Part shown: positions 36,701 through 49,106 of the stretch, piece after piece
Layout: every line of letters begins with the position of its first letter
How positions within the stretch are numbered: position 1 is the first letter of the stretch
Assembly (NCBI GenBank): GCA_040954595.2
Contig: CM082578.2
Coordinates: 15,360,998 to 15,424,997 of the forward strand
Length of the DNA stretch: 64,000 nt
Reading direction: 5' to 3'
Source of the DNA: Balanoglossus misakiensis
Taxonomy: Eukaryota; Animalia; Hemichordata
Notes under the pieces: model-generated
Database searches by the model: none
Told to the model about the DNA's origin: nothing
What the model saw: only the letters and a program-made list of their open reading frames with translations
Program-made: the position numbers and the translations under genes

Positions 36701-37629
36701 CACCCTCACCCAATGCAAAAACAGGGGGAAACAAAATGTCCAATTTCATGAATTTACATAGCTTATATCCTTCCAGACATTCTATATTATTCGTTCGGTC
36801 ACAATATCCCTTTCAAAATATTAGTAACCATGGATCGTAGCTCACGGCAACTATTACGCGAACAAAGCGGACTATCCCAGGTATGTCCGTAATTGTTTTC
36901 TTTCTGTTCATATACATGTACACCGCGCGCGCGTAACAACAGCGCGCGTGGTGTTAGCGCGTATGGCGCGGTGGATACGTAATGTTGTTACTATGCGTGA
37001 AATACTGTCAACATGTTTCGGTTTATCACAACCGCACAGGATAAATGTCCAGCTTGGTAAACACTTCTAAACGAGATAATGTAAACTTCCTTGACAGCAT
37101 TGATTTGTTTTTCAGATTTTACGCACGTGAGCGATTTCGGAGTTGTCGTACACTATGTTCGTTTCCTGTGTCACACATATCTTTATGTTTAATAGTAACA
37201 TGAGTAATATTGCTGTAAAATTGCAGTGTGGGACATGTTTATCAAAACTATGAATATTAAGCGATGCTGATGCATAGGTGAATACGCGACCTGGTTGCAA
37301 AATGAATGAACGTATGACAAATAAAGAAGGTAAATGTAAAACATCACTGATTGTCTGCAGGTCGACGTCTGTAACTCAGTGAATATTTTGCCACACTCTG
37401 CAAAGCAAGATTACATGTTTTAAATATGTAGTACTGTAGGCCTGATCATGAAAAGTGTGCAACGTACCTTCTCGCCAGTTGACAGTTCAATCGCCAATTT
37501 CACCTGCCCATACGTGCCTTCTCCGAGTGTTTTTACTAGTTGAAAACGGTACTTCAATTTGTGCTTGTGCTGATGATGTCGAAAGCCGGACCGTCGCTCT
37601 TGGCTCATCGCCGTTGCTGCCGCATCCAT
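21794..37629 (-). CDS. NUAK1: NUAK family SNF1-like kinase (ARK5/NUAK1-like), ~624 aa
   Basis: Six minus-strand GT-AG exons in frame: 37629-37468, 35667-35547, 26493-26342, 25768-25703, 24226-23974, 22914-21794. They encode [13 protein letters not shown] (NUAK N-terminal signature), [37 protein letters not shown] (LKB1-site activation loop), GILK motifs and the C-terminal VYKQALKI helix. Confidence 0.93.
25860..26125. repeat. Degenerate repeat relic with recurring TTCCA(T/G)GA-like units, possibly a decayed non-autonomous DNA transposon
   Basis: gtccatgactttccaag, ttcccatgactttcctt, attccagaacttccaga and tttcatgacatgccaga recur within ~270 nt of NUAK intron 3. Confidence 0.4.
27034..27184. 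mobile_element. Degenerate copy of the TA-CTGTAAAAC MITE family
   Basis: The right end GTTTTACAG|TA is intact and the left end AACTGCTAAAC is decayed. Length (~150 bp) matches the element at 35822-35974. Confidence 0.45.
35822..35974. mobile_element. MITE (~149 bp) with 16-bp perfect TIRs and TA target-site duplication (Tc1/mariner-superfamily style)
   Basis: TA|CTGTAAAACGGGAAAT ... ATTTCCCGTTTTACAG|TA in NUAK intron 1, with a CpG-rich interior. Confidence 0.85.
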
Positions 37630-38982
37630 CACTGATCGTTACCTCTGTATGGTTCCAACGACGATCAACGCGCACAAGGAATCTCGATCAAGTCTCTGAG
37701 TCGCTATACGATACATGGATTTCGTCAAAGACCGCCGGTGAGGTATCTATCAGTCTAAAATGTGTGAATCATGTGAATCGCGCCTACAACATACATGTTC
37801 ATTTCAGTAGTGCGATAAACATTTGCAATGAGTGGGAGGAGCTATTAAGCCAAATACGGATGAAGTTTGCCTATATATGGGCAATAATTGAGCGATTGAC
37901 CTCTCCATCATCCACTCCTACGTACAAAACTCGGTCGGAAACTCACCCGGCATATCAATGAGATGTTTTCATGCTGAGAAGATGACATTGACGTCTTTAC
38001 GCTCGAGTAATTTAGGCCTACTGTCTATTTCTGGATCTGTTTGTTTCTCTGAAAGTTGGGCATCCGCTTTATTTTTCTTTGAAGAATAGAGACATGTTGA
38101 CGAATCTAATACAATGCCACCGTGACTGTGGGTGTTGGTTTTTAAAGAGAATAAATTTGGCAGTGACTGCAAGTGAAGGGGCTTGTTCTCTGGGGGTATG
38201 AACGGAAGCGCGCAAGTTTACCGGAATTAACTTTTGCCGGACACCCAATGGTCGACCACGGACAATACCAAAGACAATACAGTCTTTGACACGATCATGG
38301 AGGAATGAGAGAGATCCTACCTCAATCACAGTCCCACTAAAACCAAGAAATTGTACCTCAAAGATCACACGATGTACCATTATACTTTTTTTTAAATAAA
38401 ACAAGTCAGTCTTTGGGCCATGATGACAACCTAGGTAAATCTAGGCCTAACGATAAATCTTGCCTTTCCAGCTTCCAATTCATATTTGGGGAATATGTGG
38501 CACTTTTTACGTAACGAAAAAGAGAAAACATTTAACCTTATATAAGCTTATTCGCACTGAAAGTTTATTTCACAGGAAACAAGAATTTCTTCAATCCGTT
38601 TAGAGACCGCGAATAATTATTTACAGGAAAACATGCGCTTGGTAAATGATTCGATTTTGTCATGAAAGGGAGGAACCCAAGTGTTGCCGCGACTTTTCAC
38701 ATCATTTTGATTGATGATATATTTTCAAGATTATACTGAACACAAACTGAAGGCGCACGAACTATGCATAGATCCACTTACAAGAACAGCGGGCGCCAAA
38801 AACAGAGGTATTTTAAGACAAATTTACGTCAAACACAAGGTGACTCACAACAAACACTACAAAATCCGGATTATTAAAGTAGATTCAATTTGTAAAAGTG
38901 TTCCAAAAGACAGGTTCATGTCAATGTTCGTCATGCCTCGTACGTTTTCTTAACATTCGTAACAAGGGACTTAAGTCTATAG

Positions 38983-39271
38983 GGCGTCATCGTCCATCGC
39001 GTTTACGTCACACTCAGGGTTTTGTTGCAATGAATGAGAAGTTTAACGGAATTTGCGATCATGTAATACACAGTGTTGGTTGGATTTACTACTAAAACCA
39101 CAGAAAGTTTGAAAGTAAAGGCGTCATCGCCCATTGCGTTTACGTCACACTCTGGGTTTTGTTGGAATGAGAGAAATAATAAAGTAGAAAGTTTAACGGA
39201 ATTTGCGATCATGTAATACAATTCCAACGTGTTGGTTGGAATTACATTGTACTACTAAAAACAACAGAAGT
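38983..39271. repeat. Diverged ~130-150-bp tandem duplication in the NUAK/N-WASP divergent intergenic region
   Basis: Copy 1 spans ~38983-39107 and copy 2 ~39120-39271. They share ggcgtcatcg.ccat.gcgtttacgtcacactc.gggttttgttg and aagtttaacggaatttgcgatcatgtaataca...gtgttggttgga. Confidence 0.85.
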
Positions 39272-40698
39272 ATAGGTGTATGCTTAAACCCGACATATGC
39301 TTTTGAGAGTTTGACGTATTTCTGTGACGGAAAGTAGTCTTTTTCTTTGGTTGATTTGCGTCTGGCCGATAAAACAATCCCGTTATTTACATAAAGTAGA
39401 GAGAGCTTGATGCGCACCAGCTATCGTCTATACAAGAGCCGCGCGCGATCCGTTTTCTTTTAAACGACCGCGTCCAAGGACGAGGTCCGAACTGATTGTA
39501 GATGTCACGGATGAAAAACAAAAATCGCCGTGGCAGCTCTGTCGTAACATCAGCGAAGGTCGACGATTTGATGACTATCGCCCTTTCCCCCATTTTTTGT
39601 GGGATGTGAAAATCATGGATATGCAGGGAAAATGTTTGTTTTATCAGCGATGGTGTTTTTACCGAGAGGAATTTGCCTCTGTATTCCATTATTGGCGCCG
39701 TTACATCGTATACATGTATTTGAGGTATTCGCCACTTGATATCGGACATTCCCAAGCACAACGGAAGAAGTTAATGACCTTCCGGATTTTCAACCGTCAG
39801 CACCTGTGCCTGTGCGAGGGACCACCATTCAGCGCATTTTCCAGTTTGTGGCCTTCCCGTTACCACGGTTACATGTGCGTTACGTTGTTTCAAGACGGGG
39901 ACGCGGTGCTTACGCATCAACCCCTTCGTCTTGAAAATAAAACATGAGAAATTCAACAGACACTACTCCGAAATATAAAATCATGCAAATACCATGTTTT
40001 GTAGTAAATTGTTTGTCACTGAAGCACAGTATTTTAATACAGCAGATTAGTATATGCATTCTGCTTCAGTATGAGACGAGGCGGGAAAATGCGGCAAATG
40101 TAAATCCTCCCCAATCCTACTTGTAAAAAAGTCAATTTGCGGTGAACTTATAAACCACTTTTGTCTTCAAAACAACTTCATATTGTGAACTTGTGATATT
40201 GACAGACCAACCGCATGTATGTCGATTTGTATATTTTGAACACCCAATCCGAATGAGCTAAAGCTACTTCTCAACGGCTGTTTTTTTTTTTGACAGATTG
40301 TGTAAATTGTACAGAATTTTTTCTTCTTCTTTTATTTACATGGCTTTTCATCAATAGACAATCTGTTGGCCTATACACGGTCAGTTTACACGCATAGAAG
40401 ACAACTTTTGGCCAAGCGGCTATCGCAGTGCAATGTCCAATATAATACGCAGAGAATGTGATATTGAATCACTACAAGATATCCTATCAATAGTATGCGA
40501 TCGCGGATATCTTACGGTATACATGGACCATATGCGGCCAAAGGTCGCGGTTCGTGTTTTCGCTTCACAGGGTGACAAATCTTGCGTTTAACAGCGGAAG
40601 TTCCCGCAGATGGTCACCACAGAGTTCTTTATCAAAATTCCACGATCAGAAATATTTAGGTCTAGGTTAAGGGAGAATCGTTATCACGTGAGGATTTG

Positions 40699-40755
40699 TA
40701 GAACCTTAGTTAACTAGAGGGGGTGATGCCCTCCCCTCTATTAACTATGGTAGAA
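40699..40755. mobile_element. 47-bp hairpin micro-element with 5-bp target-site duplication TAGAA
   Basis: TAGAA|CCTTAGTTAACTAGAGGGG...CCCCTCTATTAACTATGG|TAGAA. The element spans 40704-40750. Confidence 0.65.
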
Positions 40756-41311
40756 CTTTACAATGAAACATACTTATAACATTTTGCGAGATTACATTAG
40801 ATATTTAGAAATAACTCGAAGACTATCGTCCGATGCGGTAGTGAAGATCATTTCTGCATATGATGCGTTAAAATGTAAAGGGGTTGAGAAAGATTCTATA
40901 TTAATATGCGTGGCATTTCATCTCTGATGATGATAAATAATTTGCTATATCATGGGGGGATTTTTCTTATAGTTGCGACGCAGTCGAAAAATAACCTTCG
41001 AACAATCTGGGGATTGGCTAGCTTTCGTTAGCTTTGATTGCTAGTATTTTAAGACATCACACACGTCGGAAAGTTGAATATAAATGGCCCAGTACATAAA
41101 TGAATGTGTTTGCGTTTGAGGACACTTCTGCATCCATGTACAATGTGTGTCAAGTATCAATGGACAAACATTTGACAAACATAGCGCCACCAACGCCTAT
41201 CCTAGGAATTTTTGAGGAGAGCATCAACAAGCAAACCAACAGACACTTCCTCACCTATGGAGAAAAAATACAGGAAGTAGATCGCAGAAGTTGAAAGACT
41301 TTATTTTTAAA

Positions 41312-44300
41312 ATGTCTAACCCGCAACAACAGCTCAAGAAAGCTCCCCAGAACGTGCCATCCAGCCTTCTGACGCACCAAGAGAACGAACAGCTTTTTAA
41401 TATATTAGGAAAGAAATGCCAGGTAAGTACGTACGATCATCAACCAACTTCAGTTCTGTGTTTACGACGAATGTACCCCACCGGTGATGTGAAACTGGAC
41501 AGGTTTTATTACATTAAATCATAGTGTTGATATCTGTACCGACCTGTTTGGTATCATATCAGTGAATGGATCGGTTGGTCGTGGATCGTATTTTTTGTTT
41601 AGAATTCCTTCTTCTACACTTCCTCATACCACAGTACTGCACCAGTTCTAAGACTGCAATGGTGCACTGAATGATCATACGTAATCTCTATTGATGACTA
41701 ATCTGTCATTTCTAATATTATACCTGTGACAAATACTGTATGCTGCCAATGTTGAAGTACAAAGTGTGCTTGCTAAATTTATACAAACGAATTTATACAA
41801 ACAAATATAAACATGACAGTGAATGGAGGAGATGTACACCCCCCCCCCCACCCCGCCTTGCCACTCCCTCGGTTGTATGTGTCCAACACAAACTGCAGAG
41901 GGAGGGGCAGTACAACAATCAGCTGCGAATCCGCAGCAAGTGCCACTCTACCTTCTATTAGTCCAAAACATGGTAACCAAAAATAAGCATATTCGTTTTT
42001 TTAAGTTTAATTTAACACACCCCCACTGCCCAGGCTGATATATTTCACATTCAGTTCTCTATCACTGCTATTTTATGAGGTTCTATAAAGATTATAATGC
42101 ATTACATGTATGTCAGTATTATTCTGTCACAATTTGAATACTAGCATATAAAGGGAAAGGGAAGCAACTTTATTCTTTCGATATTTCTTTTAAAAATTAA
42201 TGATAGGCTTGACCTATTGACCTCTTTTTGTCATACTTATTTTTAATCCACATTTTCTCATGCAAAATTTGCAGACATTAGCAACTGCCATTGTACAGGT
42301 GTTCCTGGCCCTGCCAAATTCACCATCAAGATGGACAAAGAAGTGTTGTGGGGTGGCATGTTTTGTCAAAGATAATCCCAATAGATCATATTACATCAGG
42401 GTTTACAGTCTTGAGGTAAGTTCTTGATGATACCTAGGTGCTTACCTGTTTTACATGTGATATGTGATTACATCTTTTCTACAATTTATGACACATTTTG
42501 TGATGTATATTACAGAGTAGAGCCAAGTTATGGGAACAAGAGCTATACAACCAGTTTCATTACCATCAACCAAGAGCATTCTTTCACACATTTGCAACAG
42601 ACGTAAGTGTTCTTCTTATTTCACAAAGGTTTGTTATAATGAGGAATCATTGCATGTGTACAATGTTTTTAGAACAAGTATGTTGTCACTGATAATGAAG
42701 AGACTGGAGTAATGTCTATTTCATGAGACCTTAATCATTAAAAAGAATTTATGTTGAATATATTATAAACATCTCTTCTTTTTGACATGTACAAGGACTG
42801 CCAAGCCGCGCTGAATTTCGCCAATGAGTCGGAGGCCCTCAGCTTTAACAAGGTTATCCAGGATAAGATTAAACAGAAACATCTGAGAAAACAAGGTGAA
42901 TGCAAAAAGCCTAGATGATTATATCTGTACTAAGTTCAAACAATATTCATGCACAGTTATATGTTGAGAAAGTAGTTGGGATTACAATCGGGGGTTTAAA
43001 AGCAAGCCTATGCTCAGTTTGTCGCTTTGTCATTTCAGAAAGAAAACGTCAGGCTCCTCCCCAGCCTCGCGGTGCACCACCTCCAAAACCCACAGTAACA
43101 CCAATGTCACCAGGTAGGTAGATTTCAGGGAATTGAAAAGTGCTAGAAATGCTGTGTCATGCTCCCATTTGTTACACTAATACAGACAAGAACTTGTGTG
43201 CTCATCAACACTAAATGTGTAACACATAACACTCTACTTTGCAAGTTGTGAAGAATGTGGAGAGATAAATGAGTTAATTTAATCAGTGTCAAATAGCAAT
43301 TGCTTTGCACCAATCAGTGCACAGCTGACACAAGTGTGGGTTCTGATTGGATGAGACAGCTAGCACAATTCCTACTGTATGCAGATTTGACCAACTGCAA
43401 ATGTCCAGCCTATGAAGTCACGAATATTAGAACTCTGAATTGTGGAGTTGTTTCTGTGTCTCTTTGAGGGACTTTTCAACTCAGATTTTTTGCCCGGTTT
43501 CTGTGCAACCCATTTTCAACATGCAGAGTTTGTTGAATTTTACCACAGCAATCATAGCTACACCAATGCCAACACAAGATGCAACAGCTACTTACAAGAA
43601 GAAAGACAAGAAGAAAAAGGACAAAGGCAAAAAGCTGACAAAGGCAGACATCGGCCTTCCAAGTGATTTCAGGTAGCTTCATTCTTTCCAGACTGTATCA
43701 GTAAACTCTTGTCCCTCTCCTAAAAAGCCTTCCACTTGAGATGATATTCAAGGGAAGACAGAAAAATCTATACCTGTCACATGGTTGTTATGTAAATTTC
43801 ATTTGTCATGCAAATTAGATAATCAACAAACAAGACAGAATTGTGGGATCTCTCATGTGTTGTTTGATATTATTTAGCCAGTGAAGTGAAGATTGAAAAA
43901 GATAGTTTAATCTTCCATTTCATTACAGACATGTTGGCCATGTTGGATGGGACCCTGACAAAGGCTTTGATGTAAGTTCATCATTTGTAATGTACATTTG
44001 TATTAAAAATAGCACCAGTCTAGTTTCCAATACTTCACACTGCCATCAATGCAAATAAAATGCAGATAAAATGCAGTTCATGAGACAATCCTTGCAAAAG
44101 GGTCATCTGTGTTGTTTTGGCTTTCATCTTGCAGACAGAGAATCTTGACCCAGACTTGAAGAATCTCTTTGACACTGTGGGCATCTCGGAGTCCCAACTC
44201 AAAGACAAGGAGACTTCTAAATTTATCTATGACTTCATTGAAAGTCAAGGTGGTGTGGAGGCCATCAAGCGAGATCAAGAAAGGCTGAGAAGTCAAAAAT

Positions 44301-45788
44301 GTAAGTCAGAAAATATCCATCACTTGTTGGCCGTTTTGAGTCAACGAGTCACTAGCATGTACAATGTCACTCCTTAGACCATGTCAGTCTGCCACATGCT
44401 GTACCGTCAAGACTGTGGAATCACCAATTGTTGTGGTTGGAATTAGACCATAAATTGACCAAAATCATTGATGAATGCTACTGGTGTTACTTTATTCAAT
44501 AGAATTCTTTGATTTCTGTCATTTCAGCCGCTCCCCCTCCTCCACCCCCATCTGCCAGAGTAGGTGCTGGTCCACCTCCCCCTCCACCATCCAGAGCAGG
44601 ACCACCCCCTCCACCACCTCCAGGACGTGCGGGACCTCCTCCACCACCACCACCACCAGGAAGAGGAGCTGCCCCTCCACCTCCACCACCACCATCAAGA
44701 ATGAATGGGGCACCCCCACCTCCACCACCATCAAGAGGACCCTCCCAGCCTCCCCCTCCCCCTCCAGGTGTATCACGACCGCCGCCAGCGCCTTCCTCAG
44801 CTCCACCACCACCGCCACCTCCCCCAGCCATGAGCGGGCCTCCACCACCCCCGCCACCAGGCCCACCACCGCCACCAATGCTTGGGGGAGGGGGACCCCC
44901 TCCCCCACCACCTGTACTCTCCTCAGGAAGCCTGGCTCCATCGCAGCCTTCTTCACGTGGGGCCCTGTTGGACCAGATCCATCTCGGTGCAACACTGAAA
45001 CATGTTGATCCCACTGAACAGAAAGAACAGAAAGGCGATTCAAGAGGAGATCTGCTGAGTGCAATCAGACAAGGCATTCAACTGAAAACGGTATGTCCCA
45101 GTTGCTGACTTAAAAAAGATAGCAGGGGTGAAATAACACTTGCCTGGCTTTGAATTTGTGATGTTGCTTTTGCTATGGTTTATGTGGCACATAGCATCAA
45201 CCATGAATTCTCACTGACCAAGGAAGGACAACTTTGACATTTTCAGGTTGAACAAGACGACAGACCAGAACTGTCACCTTCTGAACCTGAAGGGATTGCT
45301 GGTGCACTGGCAAAAGCTCTGGCTATGCGCAAAAATGTCATCCACTCATCTGGTGAGTGTTTTTGCCAAAATTTTATGCAGACACTTATTTTTACACCAG
45401 TTTCTGAAATGTACATATACTGTAATGTCAAAGTGTACCACTGTTCATTCCATACACATTCTGTACCACCACAGAATTCTATTGTACACCCCAATGCAGT
45501 GCCCAACATGTTTCATTCATATGATAACACTGAAGAGACATACATAGCCATATAATGATACATAGTCACATACACGTGACACATGCTTCTTGCCTCAAAA
45601 TCATTGCCTAGATTTCAACGGGAAGATGTATAGAGACGTTTATAGTTCAGTTTAGTTCAGTTGAGTTCCTCACTCATTGGTTTCTGTGCTTATCACTGTC
45701 AGTACTAAACAACTTGTTTTATTTTTCAGATGATGATGATGACGATGATGATGACTTTGATGACGATGATGATGAGTGGGAGGATTAA
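41312..45788 (+). CDS. WASL: Neural Wiskott-Aldrich syndrome protein-like (N-WASP/WASP), paralogue A, ~524 aa
   Basis: Eleven in-frame exons: 41312-41422, 42275-42415, 42516-42602, 42796-42895, 43039-43113, 43549-43672, 43929-43971, 44135-44300, 44528-45090, 45247-45352, 45730-45788. Domains: WH1 ([33 protein letters not shown]), basic region [46 protein letters not shown], poly-proline, two WH2 ([17 protein letters not shown]; [17 protein letters not shown]), central [10 protein letters not shown] and acidic DDDEWED*. Confidence 0.94.
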
Positions 45789-48700
45789 GACATCTTGATG
45801 ATCAGCTAATCATGTACAGATTTCCAGCATTCTTGAAAAAGGAATCAGTAATATTTAATAAAAAGAAGATATACACTATGAAACTCATATCAAATGATTT
45901 ATAAGAGAAAACAGGCTTAGTCCTTTAAAATACAGTAGTTGTGTATTGAAGCAGAGTATGGATAGTCAGACTTACTGAGTCGCGGATGAGGTCATCCACA
46001 ATCTGTGGTTCAACCCCTTTTGCTTTGTGTGTCATGGTTTGAAACAATTACAGGGATGAAAAACTTGAAGCCTAATTCTCAATGGGTGGGCAGTCTCCAA
46101 GTGACAATTCCCATCTGACCTCAACTATGTGAAAACTGTCCCAAAATACTTCCAGCCTAGCAATGCTGTTGTTTTCATCACTGAGCATAGATCACAGTCC
46201 ATTCTATATAGGCCAATTTGAAATTCAGCTGGCTGAATCTCTCAGGCAGAGATATGCATAAAGTGAATTTGTACTGGTACTAAGATTTGAGCAGATATGT
46301 TATCAGAAATTCTTTAAAATGAGGATCACTGTAACTCAATGAGTTATAAAATCTAACCATGTTGTACATGTCAATACTGAACCCTTTTAATGCAAAAACA
46401 AAATAGCAATATGGACAGATTGATGACTGTTGTGTGTGAACCCCTTTGTTCTTGTATTTAAATTATTTTTGTTTGATTGTCAGATTTGCAATAACCATGA
46501 CATCCTCAAAGTACAGCATTTTACTTTTGGTGTCAATTTATTTCATAAAGAAATACCCATAGAAAATGAGACAATGTCATAATTACATTGAACAACTTAT
46601 ATTAAGCTTTGAAACGATTGATTTTGAGCATAGTAAGTTTGTACATAGTGAGCTGTTAGGGGCATTTATTAGGAAGTTTTAGTGCAGCACAATTTATAGG
46701 CCTTAATTTTTTTGCATATATAAGATGTAATGGTAGTTGAATGCAATGTACATCTGATGTAAGAAGAGCACCTCTTGACTTATGAGCCAATCAAGATTTC
46801 TTTTTCACCATCTGAAGGTGCAGAATGAGATGAACCAATCAGCTGGTGCATTTCATCCAGGAATGCATTTTGAATATGAATGACCAATCAACATTGGCCT
46901 TGTATGGAGTGAAGGATATTAATTGACCATATCAGAAAAAAAATCAGCTATTGACAAAAAATGGAACTTTACCAAGATATTTCAGTAGCAAATCTGGTAT
47001 TAGACTCATAAAGTTAGATGTGATCTTGTAAAATAAAAATCTGGGTAGTGATTAACTCTGTGTGTTACATGTTGCTATGCAGCTTTTCAAATCCATATTT
47101 CTCATCTAAGACTGGTATTACCACTCTGTGTTGTATGAAAGCATTATCACTTTAAGCATTCATATTGGACTGGTGACAAAACTAATTATATTTGCATTAA
47201 AATGGATTCAGATACTGCATGTGGGATTTATGTGTGTTATTGCATGTTTGTCCGCTGCACTGCTAGTGCACTGAGTATCCAGACTGTACCTGGCATAATA
47301 CCCTTCACTCAACAACACAAAAGGTAACAAATTAGCAATTGTTCATTTTGAAAGAGAATCGTCTCTTCTTGGACGAACAGGTGCTCATACTTAATGAAGC
47401 TTGGTTCGGCCATCTTACTCTGTAAGCTCCGCGCTGGGCTCGACCTTTTGTTGGGGTTTCATTTCTACCTCGCTAAATTCAGGTTTTGCCCGAAAGTTTC
47501 TTTTTTTCAACGAACCAGAACTTCCTTGAAGTACATTGCTGACGTACAATCAAAATTTCCCTATAGAATAACTTTAAATTTACATTTTTCGAGAAAAAAT
47601 GACAGAAAACTTTTACTTACAGTACAGGATGTGCGCAATGGGGGCTGCAAGCCAGGAGAACAAACGTCACCCTCAATTTTCGTCAAGTCACTCTCAATAA
47701 CCGATGGTTTATGTACTTTTTCTTCAACGAGGCTACCAAAAACTTGGCAAAGCAGTCCACTTCGTCACAGTCTTGACCTTCCCTTTCACTTGGTTGTCGG
47801 AAATTGCTCTGGGTAACGAATATCGTCACTACTTTCAGCCACGATGTTTGTCCTTCAAAGATTGAGTATCGAATGATGGAAGTGGTACCTCACTGACCAT
47901 CTGACAAACGAACTGGCTGACAACTATCCAATCGAACTGCGTCATTGACCAGGTGCATTTTGTGAAGCTTGTGATTGGTTGATGTGGTAGAGATGTTGTT
48001 TAGCATACCAAGATCACAGATGTACTCCTGTTGTGCAATCGTTCATATATTGAACTCCATTCGGACCATGCGACCCTCGTGGCGTTCAATAATATTGCAC
48101 GCCACACGTACATTATCGTTTACATATCCATAGAGTCAAAGACATTTAGTGTTTATTATACTCGAGCACATTTCAGCCTCTGATAAAACATAAGTTGGTC
48201 ACTTTTTGGTCGTTGAGGGCAAGCTTCTACTTCAAAGTGTGTGCAGGGCCCTCCGCACCCCCCCCCCCTTGTGACCTGTATGCAAAGTCTCCATGCAATC
48301 CTATACATGGGAAGAAACAAAGTCTACTTTCTCAATAGTGCGCGTGCGTGCACATCCATGACTCCACCTTCGTTTCCCTTTTTCGCGGACATTCTTCTCT
48401 TCGGTTGAGATCCGTCCCCTCTTACTTTTTCAAATAAACGGAACTGCTGAAAAGCAGAACGAAAAGCAGAACAATTAAAACACCGTCCTACCATGGCAAC
48501 TTGACGTTTTTACCTCCATGGTATCAGCAAGTCTACTAAAAATAAGTAAGTGAGGAAGCAAATAAGTGAATGCAGATTGAAGATTGAATCGCCCCAAGTT
48601 ACATGTAAAGGGTGCGGTGGCTTTCCAGTTGGTTTCGATGGGATAGAAAAACACTTGCATGGACACAGAGGGACTGTGCGTGGTAGGAACGGGTCATTTC

Positions 48701-49106
48701 CCGTACAAAAGTGGGGATTGCCCCTACTATGGTGTTCATTCTCCAGGCAGGAAGACAGCACCAATATTTGATCATGTCTGAAAATGTTGACATTTATTAA
48801 GAGAAAACTCGATGTTCGAACAAAAGAAAACGATTGGTATGTCAAGGGTTCTTTGAAACTGAGGTTCCGAAACTCTCATTTCTTTATTGTGGTGACTGTA
48901 TAATAATACAGTACACTCAGCATGCGTGTTATTTACATGAACATTCACACGGCTGCGAGTTGGTCTTTGACCTCTTGTACAGTGGGCTCGCAGGTTATTT
49001 CCTTGTAGGCCAGTCCCGCATGTTTGTACAGCTAAGCAGGGTAAGGACTGTACGGGAACATTTTTTGAAAAATCTGGCTGGAAGTGGTTTAATATAGCTT
49101 TAACAA

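Noticed and set aside
37870-37880. CArG-like/TATA element CCTATATATGG upstream of NUAK
   Set aside because: It has seven A/T bases rather than six between CC and GG. It may be a TATA box or weak SRF site but cannot be supported from sequence alone.
39502-39609. Short + strand peptide MSRMKNKNRRGSSVVTSAKVDDLMTIAL faintly resembling a hAT transposase dimerisation motif
   Set aside because: The spacing is wrong, the ERxFS core is missing and there is no flanking transposase sequence, so it cannot be distinguished from chance without an HMM search.
44496-45077. Long Gly-rich minus-strand ORF (also 52702-53307 and 44519-45064)
   Set aside because: These are antisense shadows of the proline-rich WASP exons, with no independent coding evidence.
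46786-46900. Cluster of CCAATCA words in the N-WASP A 3' region (similar words at 29150-29230, 43310-43350, 47928-47980)
   Set aside because: They could be NF-Y sites or a decayed repeat, but no boundaries or spacing rule could be established.
47394-47816. 140-aa ORF between the WASP paralogues (and ORFs 48772-49227, 49100-49534, 39387-39761)
   Set aside because: No recognisable motifs, splice support or coding-like composition; probably non-coding or repeat-derived.
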